Under the pieces are notes generated by a model, which was not told the origin of the DNA, made no database searches, and saw only the letters and a program-made list of their open reading frames with translations. A stretch of 27,383 nt of DNA from positions 1-27,383 of the forward strand of contig CAZTAY010000016.1 in NCBI GenBank assembly GCA_964611655.1, given 5' to 3'. Of this stretch, positions 11,847 to 19,564 are shown in pieces; position 1 is the first letter of the stretch, and the number at the start of each line of letters is the position of its first letter. The position numbers and the translations under genes were made by a program. This DNA comes from an uncultured Eubacteriales bacterium. GTDB taxonomy: Bacteria > Bacillota > Clostridia > Lachnospirales > CAZTAY01.

Positions 11847-13225
11847 CAAGTCATAATAAAGGTTAGAGTAAGGGATTCTTTATTAAAAATTATTTTACTA
11901 AATAACATGCGTAGTGCCAAATTTTTTTTATCTATTTCTATATCCTTAGATTTTATAATTTCAGAAAAAGTTTCAGGCAATCTTAAACTACAATTTTCCG
12001 TTGAGAGTAAAGAATCTTTTCTATTATCCAATTCAGATTGTAATACCTCTTTTTCTTTGATAAAGTGTATCTTTTTTTCTTTATATTCAGCCAAAGAATC
12101 TATACCTTCCAAGTATGCCAACTTAAGCCGTTCCAGCCTTTCATCAATTTTTTTAATATTTCTCAATAATCCATCGATTTTAACATCAATTTCATCAACG
12201 CTGATTTGACTAAACTCCGAAACAACAGTTGTGGGGATCATATTATCAAGTATATTTGAGATAAGTTCTTCTACTTTAGATACGCTAATATAATTTGAAT
12301 AAGCACATTTACCGGTGCTGTTACCTCCACATCTAAATGCGTGATTACCTTTTGCATCAGATGAAAAGTTAAGTGAGGACCCGCAGCTATGGCATTTAAT
12401 CAAACCAGAAAGCCAATGCTTATAAGTCAGAGGTGGCTTAGATTTTGGTGTTATTTTTTTTGATGTTATTATACTAACTTTTTTAAATGTTTCACTATCT
12501 ATTATTGGTGTATGTACACCTTTATATAAGATACCGTCATATTCAATATTTCCGGCATAGGTTTGTTTGGTTAGTATGCGTTTAATATCATTTGAGCAAA
12601 AGGGTTTACCGCTTCTTTTTTTAATACCCAATTGATTTAGATTTACCGCAACACTATGATAGTATGGAGTTTTAATAAAAGAATCAAATACCAATCTTAC
12701 TATTTTAGCTTCCTCTTCCACAACCTCCATAACTCCGTTTTTCTTTATATAACCAAAAGGAGGCGGTACAAGATGAATTCCTTGACTAACCTTAAAGGTC
12801 ATCCCACGTTTGACTGCTTTGGAGAGCTTTCTTGAATGCATCTCGTTAAGTGCCCCAAGCATTGCATCGGTAATAAGTGATGAATCATCATCTAAAGTAG
12901 GTTCAGTAGCTGAAATTAATTCAACATTATTGCGTTTTAAGGATGATTTATAAGCAATGGACTCTTCGAGGTTTCTTGCAAATCGTGAAGAATCAAAAAC
13001 AAGCACAGCATTAAAATCACCTTTAATGCTATCTTCAATCATCTGCATAAAAGCAGGCCTTTTTCTTGCAGATCTTCCCGATAAGCCTTCGTCGGAAGGG
13101 GATTGATTAGGGCGGAATATTAAGAATATAAATTTTAAGAACTGAATGTTGCTCGAAGTGAAACTGCTATTAAATTTGAATAAAATAATAGGAGTTCGAC
13201 ATTTGCAAATGTATCCTGCAAACAC
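11846..13225 (-). CDS. Large serine recombinase (resolvase catalytic domain, recombinase domain, zinc ribbon, coiled coil). GTG start. Catalytic N-terminus degenerate; possibly inactive or a pseudogene.
   Basis: DEGLSG-x-RKRPAF and FDSSRFARN (DEGxSG...RPxF...DRLxR-like). Recombinase domain (EEEAKIVRLVF...NDIKRILTKQTYAG). Cys4 zinc ribbon (CHSCGSS...FRCGG...GKC). The canonical N-terminal (A)IYxRVS(T) nucleophile motif is replaced by AGYICKC. Confidence 0.75.
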   Translation of the reverse strand: MFAGYICKCRTPIILFKFNSSFTSSNIQFLKFIFLIFRPNQSPSDEGLSGRSARKRPAFMQMIEDSIKGDFNAVLVFDSSRFARNLEESIAYKSSLKRNNVELISATEPTLDDDSSLITDAMLGALNEMHSRKLSKAVKRGMTFKVSQGIHLVPPPFGYIKKNGVMEVVEEEAKIVRLVFDSFIKTPYYHSVAVNLNQLGIKKRSGKPFCSNDIKRILTKQTYAGNIEYDGILYKGVHTPIIDSETFKKVSIITSKKITPKSKPPLTYKHWLSGLIKCHSCGSSLNFSSDAKGNHAFRCGGNSTGKCAYSNYISVSKVEELISNILDNMIPTTVVSEFSQISVDEIDVKIDGLLRNIKKIDERLERLKLAYLEGIDSLAEYKEKKIHFIKEKEVLQSELDNRKDSLLSTENCSLRLPETFSEIIKSKDIEIDKKNLALRMLFSKIIFNKESLTLTFIMT

Positions 13226-13251
13226 CGAACTTTTAATTGTAAATGCTGTAT

Positions 13252-13313
13252 AGTTGTTAATAATTTAAACTTTCGTATGAAACGCCTTGTGGATTGTTAT
13301 ATTTCTAACAACT
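13252..13313. repeat. Imperfect inverted repeats between the abrB stop and the recombinase start (AGTTGTTA ... TAACAACT; inner TTGTTA-N6-TAACAA)
   Basis: Read directly: 8-bp arms at 13252-13259 and 13306-13313; a 6-6-6 palindrome at 13294-13311. Either a weak AT-rich abrB terminator or a relic recombination site. Confidence 0.3.
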
Positions 13314-13317
13314 CACA

Positions 13318-13581
13318 TTAACCTTGTATGTTAAAACCAGCTAACTTTGCCATTTCTAAAATAGAATTCTTTGAAACTTTCTTGCCTTTGAATTCAATTA
13401 AATCTTCCATGCTTCCAGTGAAAATATCTGCAGGTTCATATTTCTTTAAAATAACCAATTCATCATCAACAAAAATCTCTAACGCATCTTTTTCATTAAT
13501 ATTTAAAATCCTTCTAAGTTCAATAGGTAAAACTACTCTTCCAAGTTCATCAACTTTTCTGACAATACCTGTAGATTTCAT
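13318..13581 (-). CDS. abrB: Transition-state regulator AbrB (SpoVT/AbrB swapped-hairpin family). Start taken at MKSTGIVRK.
   Basis: N-terminus MKSTGIVRKVDELGRVVLPIELRRILNINEKDALEIFVDDELVILKKY is near-identical to the AbrB N-domain. GGAGG RBS 7 nt upstream of this ATG; the supplied ORF extends 11 codons further without an RBS. Confidence 0.85.
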   Translation of the reverse strand: MKSTGIVRKVDELGRVVLPIELRRILNINEKDALEIFVDDELVILKKYEPADIFTGSMEDLIEFKGKKVSKNSILEMAKLAGFNIQG

Positions 13582-13800
13582 GGCAACCTCCATTAATAAT
13601 ACAAATAACAACAAATATTTACATATTTAAAGTAATTAATACAAAGGATAACATAATTTACAATAAAAGTCAATAATGCAATTACTAAAAGTTGACATTT
13701 GTAAACAAAAAAATACAAATTGCAACTAAAGGGCACAAATTCGTAATATATTTGTATGACATGCATATAAATGTATGTATACAACCTAGGAGGTTTTAAA
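13582..13800. promoter_or_regulatory. AT-rich divergent promoter region for abrB (-) and spmAB (+)
   Basis: 219-bp non-coding AT-rich tract. TTGACA at 13691-13696 with a TA-rich -10 candidate downstream on the + strand. No specific operator identified. Confidence 0.3.
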
Positions 13801-14382
13801 ATGCTCAATCTCATTTGGGGGTTAATGATCTTATTTGGAATTGCCTTTTCTGCTTTTACAGGGAAGATTCCGCAAGTTACAACAGCCGTAATAGAATCCG
13901 CAAAAGAATCAGTTAATATTTGTATTACAATGCTTGGCATAGTTGCAATGTGGTCAGGTTTGATGGGCATAGCTGAAAAATCAGGCATGGTATTAGGATT
14001 AACTAATAAAATGTCACCACTTCTTAGTTTTTTATTTCCTAATATACCAAAAACACACAAGGCTAGAAAGTATATAGCAACTAATTTTATAGCAAACTTT
14101 TTAGGGCTTGGATGGGCTGCTACACCTGCCGGTCTTAAAGCAATGGAAGAGCTACAGAAAATAAACAAGAATAAAAAAATTGCAAGTAATGAAATGTGTG
14201 TGTTTTTAATAATTAATATGTCTTCAGTGCAATTGGTTTCTGTTAATTTACTAAGCTATAGAATGAATTACAATTCAGCAAACCCTGCCGAGATTATAGG
14301 GCCTTGTTTATTGGCAACGGCATTTACAACTGCGCTGGCAATTCTTATATGCAAAATCATGGAAAGAAGATGTGACAAATGA
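13801..14382 (+). CDS. spmA: Spore maturation protein A (nucleoside-recognition domain membrane protein)
   Basis: AGGAGG at 13789-13794 then ATG 13801 (MLNLIWG...). Multi-pass membrane protein with Gate/nucleoside-recognition motifs. Immediately followed by spmB with a 4-nt overlap. Confidence 0.85.
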   Translation: MLNLIWGLMILFGIAFSAFTGKIPQVTTAVIESAKESVNICITMLGIVAMWSGLMGIAEKSGMVLGLTNKMSPLLSFLFPNIPKTHKARKYIATNFIANFLGLGWAATPAGLKAMEELQKINKNKKIASNEMCVFLIINMSSVQLVSVNLLSYRMNYNSANPAEIIGPCLLATAFTTALAILICKIMERRCDK

Positions 14383-14912
14383 ATATTCTAGTTTTTATTT
14401 CAAATATAACAGTTCCACTGATTTTTGTAACAATAATTTCATATGGTTATTTAAAAAAGATTGAGATATATGATGTTTTTATCGACGGGGCAAAAGACGG
14501 AATAATGACCGTATTTAAAATATTGCCTACATTAGTTGGGCTTATGGTTGCCGTGGGCATTTTAAGAGCTTCAGGTGCTCTTGAATTCTTTAGTGAACTT
14601 GTTTCACCTGTTGCCGAATTAATAGGTTTTCCGTCGGAAGCAGTACCCTTGTCGGTAATGAGGTTGGTGTCCTCTTCAGCCTCTCTGGGATTAGCGCTTG
14701 ATTTATTCAAGCAGTTTGGTCCAGATTCTTTTATAGGTCGTACAGTTTCAATTATGATTGGTTGCACGGAGACTGTTTTTTATACGGTTAGTGTTTATTT
14801 TATGAGCGTGGGCATAAAAAAAACAAGATACACAATTCCTGCTGCTGTTTTTGTAAATATTGCAGGCGCAATAATCTCGTTCTACGTTGCATTGAGGGTT
14901 TTTGGAAGGTAA
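14379..14912 (+). CDS. spmB: Spore maturation protein B
   Basis: Membrane protein homologous to SpmB. ATGA overlap with spmA (operon). Confidence 0.85.
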   Translation: MNILVFISNITVPLIFVTIISYGYLKKIEIYDVFIDGAKDGIMTVFKILPTLVGLMVAVGILRASGALEFFSELVSPVAELIGFPSEAVPLSVMRLVSSSASLGLALDLFKQFGPDSFIGRTVSIMIGCTETVFYTVSVYFMSVGIKKTRYTIPAAVFVNIAGAIISFYVALRVFGR

Positions 14913-15113
14913 CAATCGTTGTAAATTGATGAATTTCCTGATAAAATTGTATATAAAGCTAATTCAATAGAAACTCAGCTAAAGCAAACTTGTATGCGTA
15001 AGATTATTTACGATTTAATTATGCCCTCTGCCACACGAGTGTGCCAATAGTGACCAGTGGTTCAGAGTGTGTGTTTTGGTCTTTTTGCTGATATATACTA
15101 GATTATTAAGAGG

Positions 15114-16529
15114 GTGGAAATTATCAAATCAATCTTCAATGTATTAAATGAATATCGTACAAATGACATTTATCCCATGCACATGCCGGGTCATAAAGCA
15201 GGAAGAGCATTAAATATAAGTTTAGATATGGATCTCACGGAAATTCCTGAATTAGATAATCTACATTCTCCGGAAGGCGCAATTAAATATACATCAGAGA
15301 AGATGGCTGATTTATTTGGAGCAGATGAAAGCTTTTTGTTAGTTAATGGTTCTAGTTCAGGGGTTATGTCAGCAATTTTGGCATGTACTGGAAAAGAAGA
15401 TACCATTATTCTAGGCAGGAATTCTCATATTTCGGCGTATAACGCTTTATCTCTATCAAAAGCAAAGGCGGCATTTGTTTATCCGGAAGTATTAGAAGAC
15501 TGTGGAATACAAGGTGGGATTAAACCTAACAATATTGAACAGGCACTAAAAAAGTTTAAAGCAGGAGTTGTATATATAACAAGCCCCACATATGAAGGAT
15601 TAACAAGTGATATTAAGAAGATTGCTGAAATTACACATAATGCAGGAGCGTTGCTTATTGTAGACGAAGCACATGGCTCTCATTTTAATTTTCATAATGC
15701 GTTTCCAAAAACTGCATTGTCTCAAGGGGCAGATATAGTTATTCAAAGTCACCATAAAACATTAAATGTATTGGGTCAAGGTGCTTGTCTACACATAAAA
15801 GGCAATAGGGTGGATAGAAAAAGATTGAAAAAGGTTCTTTCCATGCTGCAAACGACAAGTCCTTCATATATGATTTTGGGTAGCCTTGATAAAAACAGGA
15901 AGATGCTTCAAGATGATGGCAAAAAATTATTTGAAACATATGTTGAGAATTTAATAAGCTTTAGAAAAGGGGCTAAAGCTCTTGATAATATGTCAATAGT
16001 ATCTGATGATATTGTAGGACAAGCTTCCATAGCAGACTACGATATTGGGAAATTAGTTTTCCTGATGAAGGGCATCCAAAATGGAACATATATTTCAAAA
16101 ATTTTGAGAACTGAGTACAACTTTCAATTAGAAATGGCAACAATGAATCACTTTATTGCAATGACATCATATGTGGATGATAAATTAGTATTTGAAAAGT
16201 TCTTGAATGCCCTTTCTTTAATTGATTTGACTATAAAAAAAGGCAATGAAAGAAAGGACAGGTTGATGTTCAGAAAAAATGGTATAAGTGAAAAAGAGAT
16301 ATCATTAGAGGATTTTTATCGAAAAGAACAAATGGCTATTCCTTTAAAAGATTCTGTAGGAAGAGTTGCGGCAGATTTTATTACACCATATCCTCCAGGA
16401 ATACCTATAATTGTTCCCGGAGAGATAATTCGAAAGCACGATGTTGAATTTATCTGGCAGTATATTGAAATGGATCACAAGATACTTGGCATAGACAAAT
16501 TAGGCAATTCCATAAACGTTTATTCATGA
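15114..16529 (+). CDS. PLP-dependent Orn/Lys/Arg decarboxylase family protein (YaaO-like)
   Basis: N-terminal PMHMPGHKAG, Schiff-base Lys region SHHKTLNVLGQG, and a C-terminal decarboxylase domain. GTG start at 15114 is uncertain (the RBS abuts it). Confidence 0.8.
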   Translation: MEIIKSIFNVLNEYRTNDIYPMHMPGHKAGRALNISLDMDLTEIPELDNLHSPEGAIKYTSEKMADLFGADESFLLVNGSSSGVMSAILACTGKEDTIILGRNSHISAYNALSLSKAKAAFVYPEVLEDCGIQGGIKPNNIEQALKKFKAGVVYITSPTYEGLTSDIKKIAEITHNAGALLIVDEAHGSHFNFHNAFPKTALSQGADIVIQSHHKTLNVLGQGACLHIKGNRVDRKRLKKVLSMLQTTSPSYMILGSLDKNRKMLQDDGKKLFETYVENLISFRKGAKALDNMSIVSDDIVGQASIADYDIGKLVFLMKGIQNGTYISKILRTEYNFQLEMATMNHFIAMTSYVDDKLVFEKFLNALSLIDLTIKKGNERKDRLMFRKNGISEKEISLEDFYRKEQMAIPLKDSVGRVAADFITPYPPGIPIIVPGEIIRKHDVEFIWQYIEMDHKILGIDKLGNSINVYS

Positions 16530-16618
16530 TAAATAACTGAAATGCTATAATTAGCTAAATTATTCTTAAAATTTGCCGATAAAACATCATGAGTATAACT
16601 TTTTTAGGGGGAGCGTTT

Positions 16619-17353
16619 ATGCAGATAGCTATTCAAAGTTCTAACTTAAAACTAGAAGGCGTAGCACAAGTAAAAGCTAAAGGACAAAAAAGAGAATCGA
16701 TAGACATTAGCTCATTGACAAAATCAGATGTTGAAAAGCATATAGAGTCACTTGAGAAGAGGAAAGAAAAGTTAATAAAACACAAAGAAAAGATACAGGC
16801 AAATGAAAAATATTCAATTGAACAGAAAAAGGAATTATTAGACGATAATGATAATAAAATAAAAGAAATTGAAGAAGAAATAGCTAAAATAAGATATGAA
16901 GAATCTCAGAAAAAGATAAAAGAAGAAGAAGAAAAACTAAAAAAGATGCAAGAAGAAAAAGTATCCAATGAACGTGAAGATTTGACTAAAGAAGAAAAAG
17001 AATCAGTTGCAATTAAAGAGCTTACAGAATACACAGCAAAAATTCAAAATTCTATTAAGAAAGTTGGGAATCTTAAGGCTATTAAAGCAAATTTAGAACG
17101 TGAAGCACTGTATGCCAGGGATTCTGTTAATTTTCAGGAAAAGACTATGGGTTCAGCTTTGCCTGATAGTCAAAAGACTCTTTCGAAGCTTGAAGAAAAG
17201 ATAGAATCTCTGGACGTTAGTATAAATGAAGGTATTGGAAGCGTATTTCAAAAAGTAAATGAAGAAAATAAGAGCAGGAAAGAAAAGGTAGAGAATAAAG
17301 AAGATAAACAAGAAGATAACCAAGATGATAGAATTAATGAAGAAGATCAATGA
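16619..17353 (+). CDS. Lys/Glu-rich coiled-coil hypothetical protein
   Basis: GGGGGA RBS then ATG 16619; the supplied ORF starts at 16589. Low-complexity KE-rich heptad-like sequence; no catalytic motif. Confidence 0.5.
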   Translation: MQIAIQSSNLKLEGVAQVKAKGQKRESIDISSLTKSDVEKHIESLEKRKEKLIKHKEKIQANEKYSIEQKKELLDDNDNKIKEIEEEIAKIRYEESQKKIKEEEEKLKKMQEEKVSNEREDLTKEEKESVAIKELTEYTAKIQNSIKKVGNLKAIKANLEREALYARDSVNFQEKTMGSALPDSQKTLSKLEEKIESLDVSINEGIGSVFQKVNEENKSRKEKVENKEDKQEDNQDDRINEEDQ

Positions 17354-17384
17354 AAATGCCATTTGGCTTTTTCATTGATTCTTT
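17352..17384. terminator. Weak bidirectional hairpin between convergent genes
   Basis: GAAAATGCC-ATTT-GGCTTTTTC (9-bp stem, 1 mismatch) followed by a T-rich tract. Confidence 0.35.
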
Positions 17385-17981
17385 TTATAAATAATTAATT
17401 TCAACTAAAAATGACTTTAAATATTCTATGTCTTTAGAATATGTTTCTTTTAAAGATTGATTATAGATTATAGAGGCTGGATGATACAGTGGAAAAACTA
17501 TATATTCGTTAATGTTTAATATTTTGCCATGTACATCCCCTATCTTTAAAGTATTATTACCTGATAAAGCTTTTAAAGGAATATTACCTAATGTTATTAT
17601 AAGCATTGGGTTAATAATTTTTAGTTCTTCAAAAAGATAAGGAACACTAAGTTTAATTTCACTGGATTTTGGTGTTCTGTTTATCCTATTGCCTGTTTTT
17701 GGATTGAATGAAGTGGGTCTGAACTTTACCACATTAGTGAAATAAAGATTCTCTTGTTTTAGTGAGATGGAATCTAAAAAACTAATTAAATTTTTTCCCG
17801 CAGAACCAACAAAAGGTCTGCCAAGTTTTTCTTCCTCTCCTCCTGGTGCTTCTCCTATTAATACTATTTTAGAATCATGGTTGCCATAGCCTTTTACAAT
17901 TGTGAGCTTATCTGGATTGATTTTACATAATGCTTTTTCGTAATTTATATATGATTTTTCTAATAAACTTGTCTTTTCCAC
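17385..17981 (-). CDS. Uracil-DNA glycosylase superfamily protein, family-4-like (SPO1 polymerase-associated type), apparently lacking the Fe-S cysteines
   Basis: Motif A GEAPGGEEEKLGRPFVGSAG and motif B HPA (LYHPASIIYN). Only one Cys in the whole protein. Confidence 0.75.
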   Translation of the reverse strand: MEKTSLLEKSYINYEKALCKINPDKLTIVKGYGNHDSKIVLIGEAPGGEEEKLGRPFVGSAGKNLISFLDSISLKQENLYFTNVVKFRPTSFNPKTGNRINRTPKSSEIKLSVPYLFEELKIINPMLIITLGNIPLKALSGNNTLKIGDVHGKILNINEYIVFPLYHPASIIYNQSLKETYSKDIEYLKSFLVEINYL

Positions 17982-18010
17982 GAATTTCTCCTATAAATAA
18001 ATCTGATGTT

Positions 18011-19102
18011 TTATATTTTTTTAATAAAGGGATAAGAAACAATAGCTCCTGTAATAAATCCTGATATATGAGCTATATTGCTGACTCCAGGATATACGAA
18101 CCCCAACCCCAATCCCGAAATTGCAAGCATAGATATTAAATATGGAGACAATCCTCCAACTGGCTTTTTTGTCATAGCTGTAAGAACACAAATAGCTCCT
18201 AGTAATCCGAATATTGCGCCAGAAGCACCTGCCATAACTGTTACTGAATTTGAAAACAAAGGCGAAAAAAATCCGGCAGACAGACCTGATAATATGTAGA
18301 TTATAAGCATTTCAAATCTACCGATAGCTGTTTCAACTCTCGAGCCATATATATAAAGTGATAATGAATTTTGAAGTAAATGCATATACCCGATATGGAT
18401 AAACATAGAAGTAAATATCCTATAATAATCTCCTTTTATAAAAACAAGAGTATTTTGAACTGCACCAAATTTAATTAAGACTTCTATTTCTGTAGAGCCT
18501 CCACTTAGCTCCATTAATACAAATACAATAATGTTGATTATAGCAATAGCGAAAGTTAAATAAAATGTACCTTTAGGAAAATCATAGTAATTTGATTCTG
18601 ACTCTGCCAGACTTATATTATCATGCCCTAAGTTATCAGAATAGATGTTTATTACATCATTTAAAACGGGATCTAAACCCATTATATCAGCTTGATTTTT
18701 AGGGGTTTTATAGTCAAGTTCATGATTGTTGATTCCATAGTAGTTAAAGTAAATACTTTTGCCAGGAGAATAATCTTCTTCTGGTAGTTCTGAAAGGTTT
18801 AATGGTAATTCACATGCACTGCAAAACACTAAGGCCACTAAAACTGCGCCGCTTTCAACAAAATATTCGCTGTGATGTAGCAGATGGTTATAAAACTCAA
18901 CTGTTTTGTCAATCTCTTTCCGTTGGTATAGCTTGTCAGTGTCCACTATTAATGCAAAATGTAGCAGAGCACCTACTTCCTTCAATAACGGATAAACAGA
19001 TGAATTGTTTGAATCATAAAACGGAGGAAATATAGATAATTGCTGATAGCCCTCATAAGTTAAGCGGTTAATCAATTGATTTATAAACGAAGTTGTATTC
19101 AA
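18011..19102 (-). CDS. Rhomboid-family intramembrane serine protease with N-terminal cytoplasmic extension
   Basis: C-terminal six-transmembrane core with the GASGAIFGLLGA serine motif and a downstream His (AHISGF). Confidence 0.8.
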   Translation of the reverse strand: MNTTSFINQLINRLTYEGYQQLSIFPPFYDSNNSSVYPLLKEVGALLHFALIVDTDKLYQRKEIDKTVEFYNHLLHHSEYFVESGAVLVALVFCSACELPLNLSELPEEDYSPGKSIYFNYYGINNHELDYKTPKNQADIMGLDPVLNDVINIYSDNLGHDNISLAESESNYYDFPKGTFYLTFAIAIINIIVFVLMELSGGSTEIEVLIKFGAVQNTLVFIKGDYYRIFTSMFIHIGYMHLLQNSLSLYIYGSRVETAIGRFEMLIIYILSGLSAGFFSPLFSNSVTVMAGASGAIFGLLGAICVLTAMTKKPVGGLSPYLISMLAISGLGLGFVYPGVSNIAHISGFITGAIVSYPFIKKI

Positions 19103-19131
19103 GAGAAAACCTCTTTCAAATGGAAATATAG

Positions 19132-19160
19132 AATATGAAACTAAATTATCATATTAAAAT
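19132..19160. repeat. 29-bp direct repeat, copy 1 (AATATGAAACTAAATTATCATATTAAAAT)
   Basis: Matches 19333-19361 with one mismatch. Adjacent TGTCGACA palindrome. Confidence 0.6.
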
Positions 19161-19222
19161 GTCGACAAATGGTTTTGAGACTTTTCGTGTTGGATATAGT
19201 ATTACATCTAAAGTATATTTCT

Positions 19223-19248
19223 AGAAATGCAGCAAATTCTGCATTTCT
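19223..19248. promoter_or_regulatory. Perfect 10-6-10 palindrome AGAAATGCAG-CAAATT-CTGCATTTCT (candidate operator)
   Basis: Read directly. Lies in the divergent rhomboid/rsgA control region between the two 29-bp repeats. An overlapping TTTCTAGAAA palindrome is also present. Confidence 0.4.
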
Positions 19249-19332
19249 GTTAAAATTCTTTGCTTCTTTCTTTTAAGGAAAAAGTGGGGTTAGGGGCAAA
19301 GCTCCAAGGTTTATATTAGTTGTCAACAGTCT

Positions 19333-19361
19333 AATATGAAACTAAAGTATCATATTAAAAT
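19333..19361. repeat. 29-bp direct repeat, copy 2 (AATATGAAACTAAAGTATCATATTAAAAT)
   Basis: 28/29 identity to copy 1. Flanked by TGTCAACA and TTGTCAATTG. Confidence 0.6.
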
Positions 19362-19455
19362 AATATTGTCAATTGATTGAATAATGGGTAATTCTTTTAT
19401 TGATAAGCATAATAAAATAGGATAAAATAATTTAAAATGAAGGGAGTTGTTTTTT

Positions 19456-19463
19456 TGTATAAT
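19456..19463 (+). promoter_or_regulatory. Extended -10 promoter element (TGTATAAT) for the rsgA leader
   Basis: TG immediately precedes a perfect TATAAT at 19458-19463. No good -35. Confidence 0.35.
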
Positions 19464-19482
19464 TTTTCTAAAAAGGAGATTG

Positions 19483-19536
19483 TTTTACACATGGAGGTAT
19501 GTGTAAAATAATCTTGCATGATACCTCCAGAGGTAT
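19483..19536 (+). promoter_or_regulatory. Attenuator-like leader: a 10-6-10 perfect palindrome TTTTACACAT-GGAGGT-ATGTGTAAAA enclosing the mini-ORF MEVCVK (19491-19511), followed by alternative hairpins and the rsgA RBS
   Basis: AGGAGA at 19474-19479, ATG 19491, stop 19509-19511. GGAGGTAT (19493-19500) can pair with ATACCTCC (19521-19528), competing with ATACCT/AGGTAT (19521-26 / 19531-36), which is followed by GTTTTAAT. Confidence 0.4.
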
Positions 19537-19564
19537 GTTTTAATATCATTAGGAGGAGCAAATT

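Noticed and set aside
11823-12209. 128-aa ORF on the + strand
   Set aside because: Antisense within the serine recombinase gene; Ser/Leu/Ile-rich translation typical of AT-rich antisense frames.
13593-14168. 191-aa ORF on the - strand
   Set aside because: It overlaps spmA and the abrB/spmA promoter region in antisense. It is low-complexity, has no RBS, and spmA on the + strand is clearly real.
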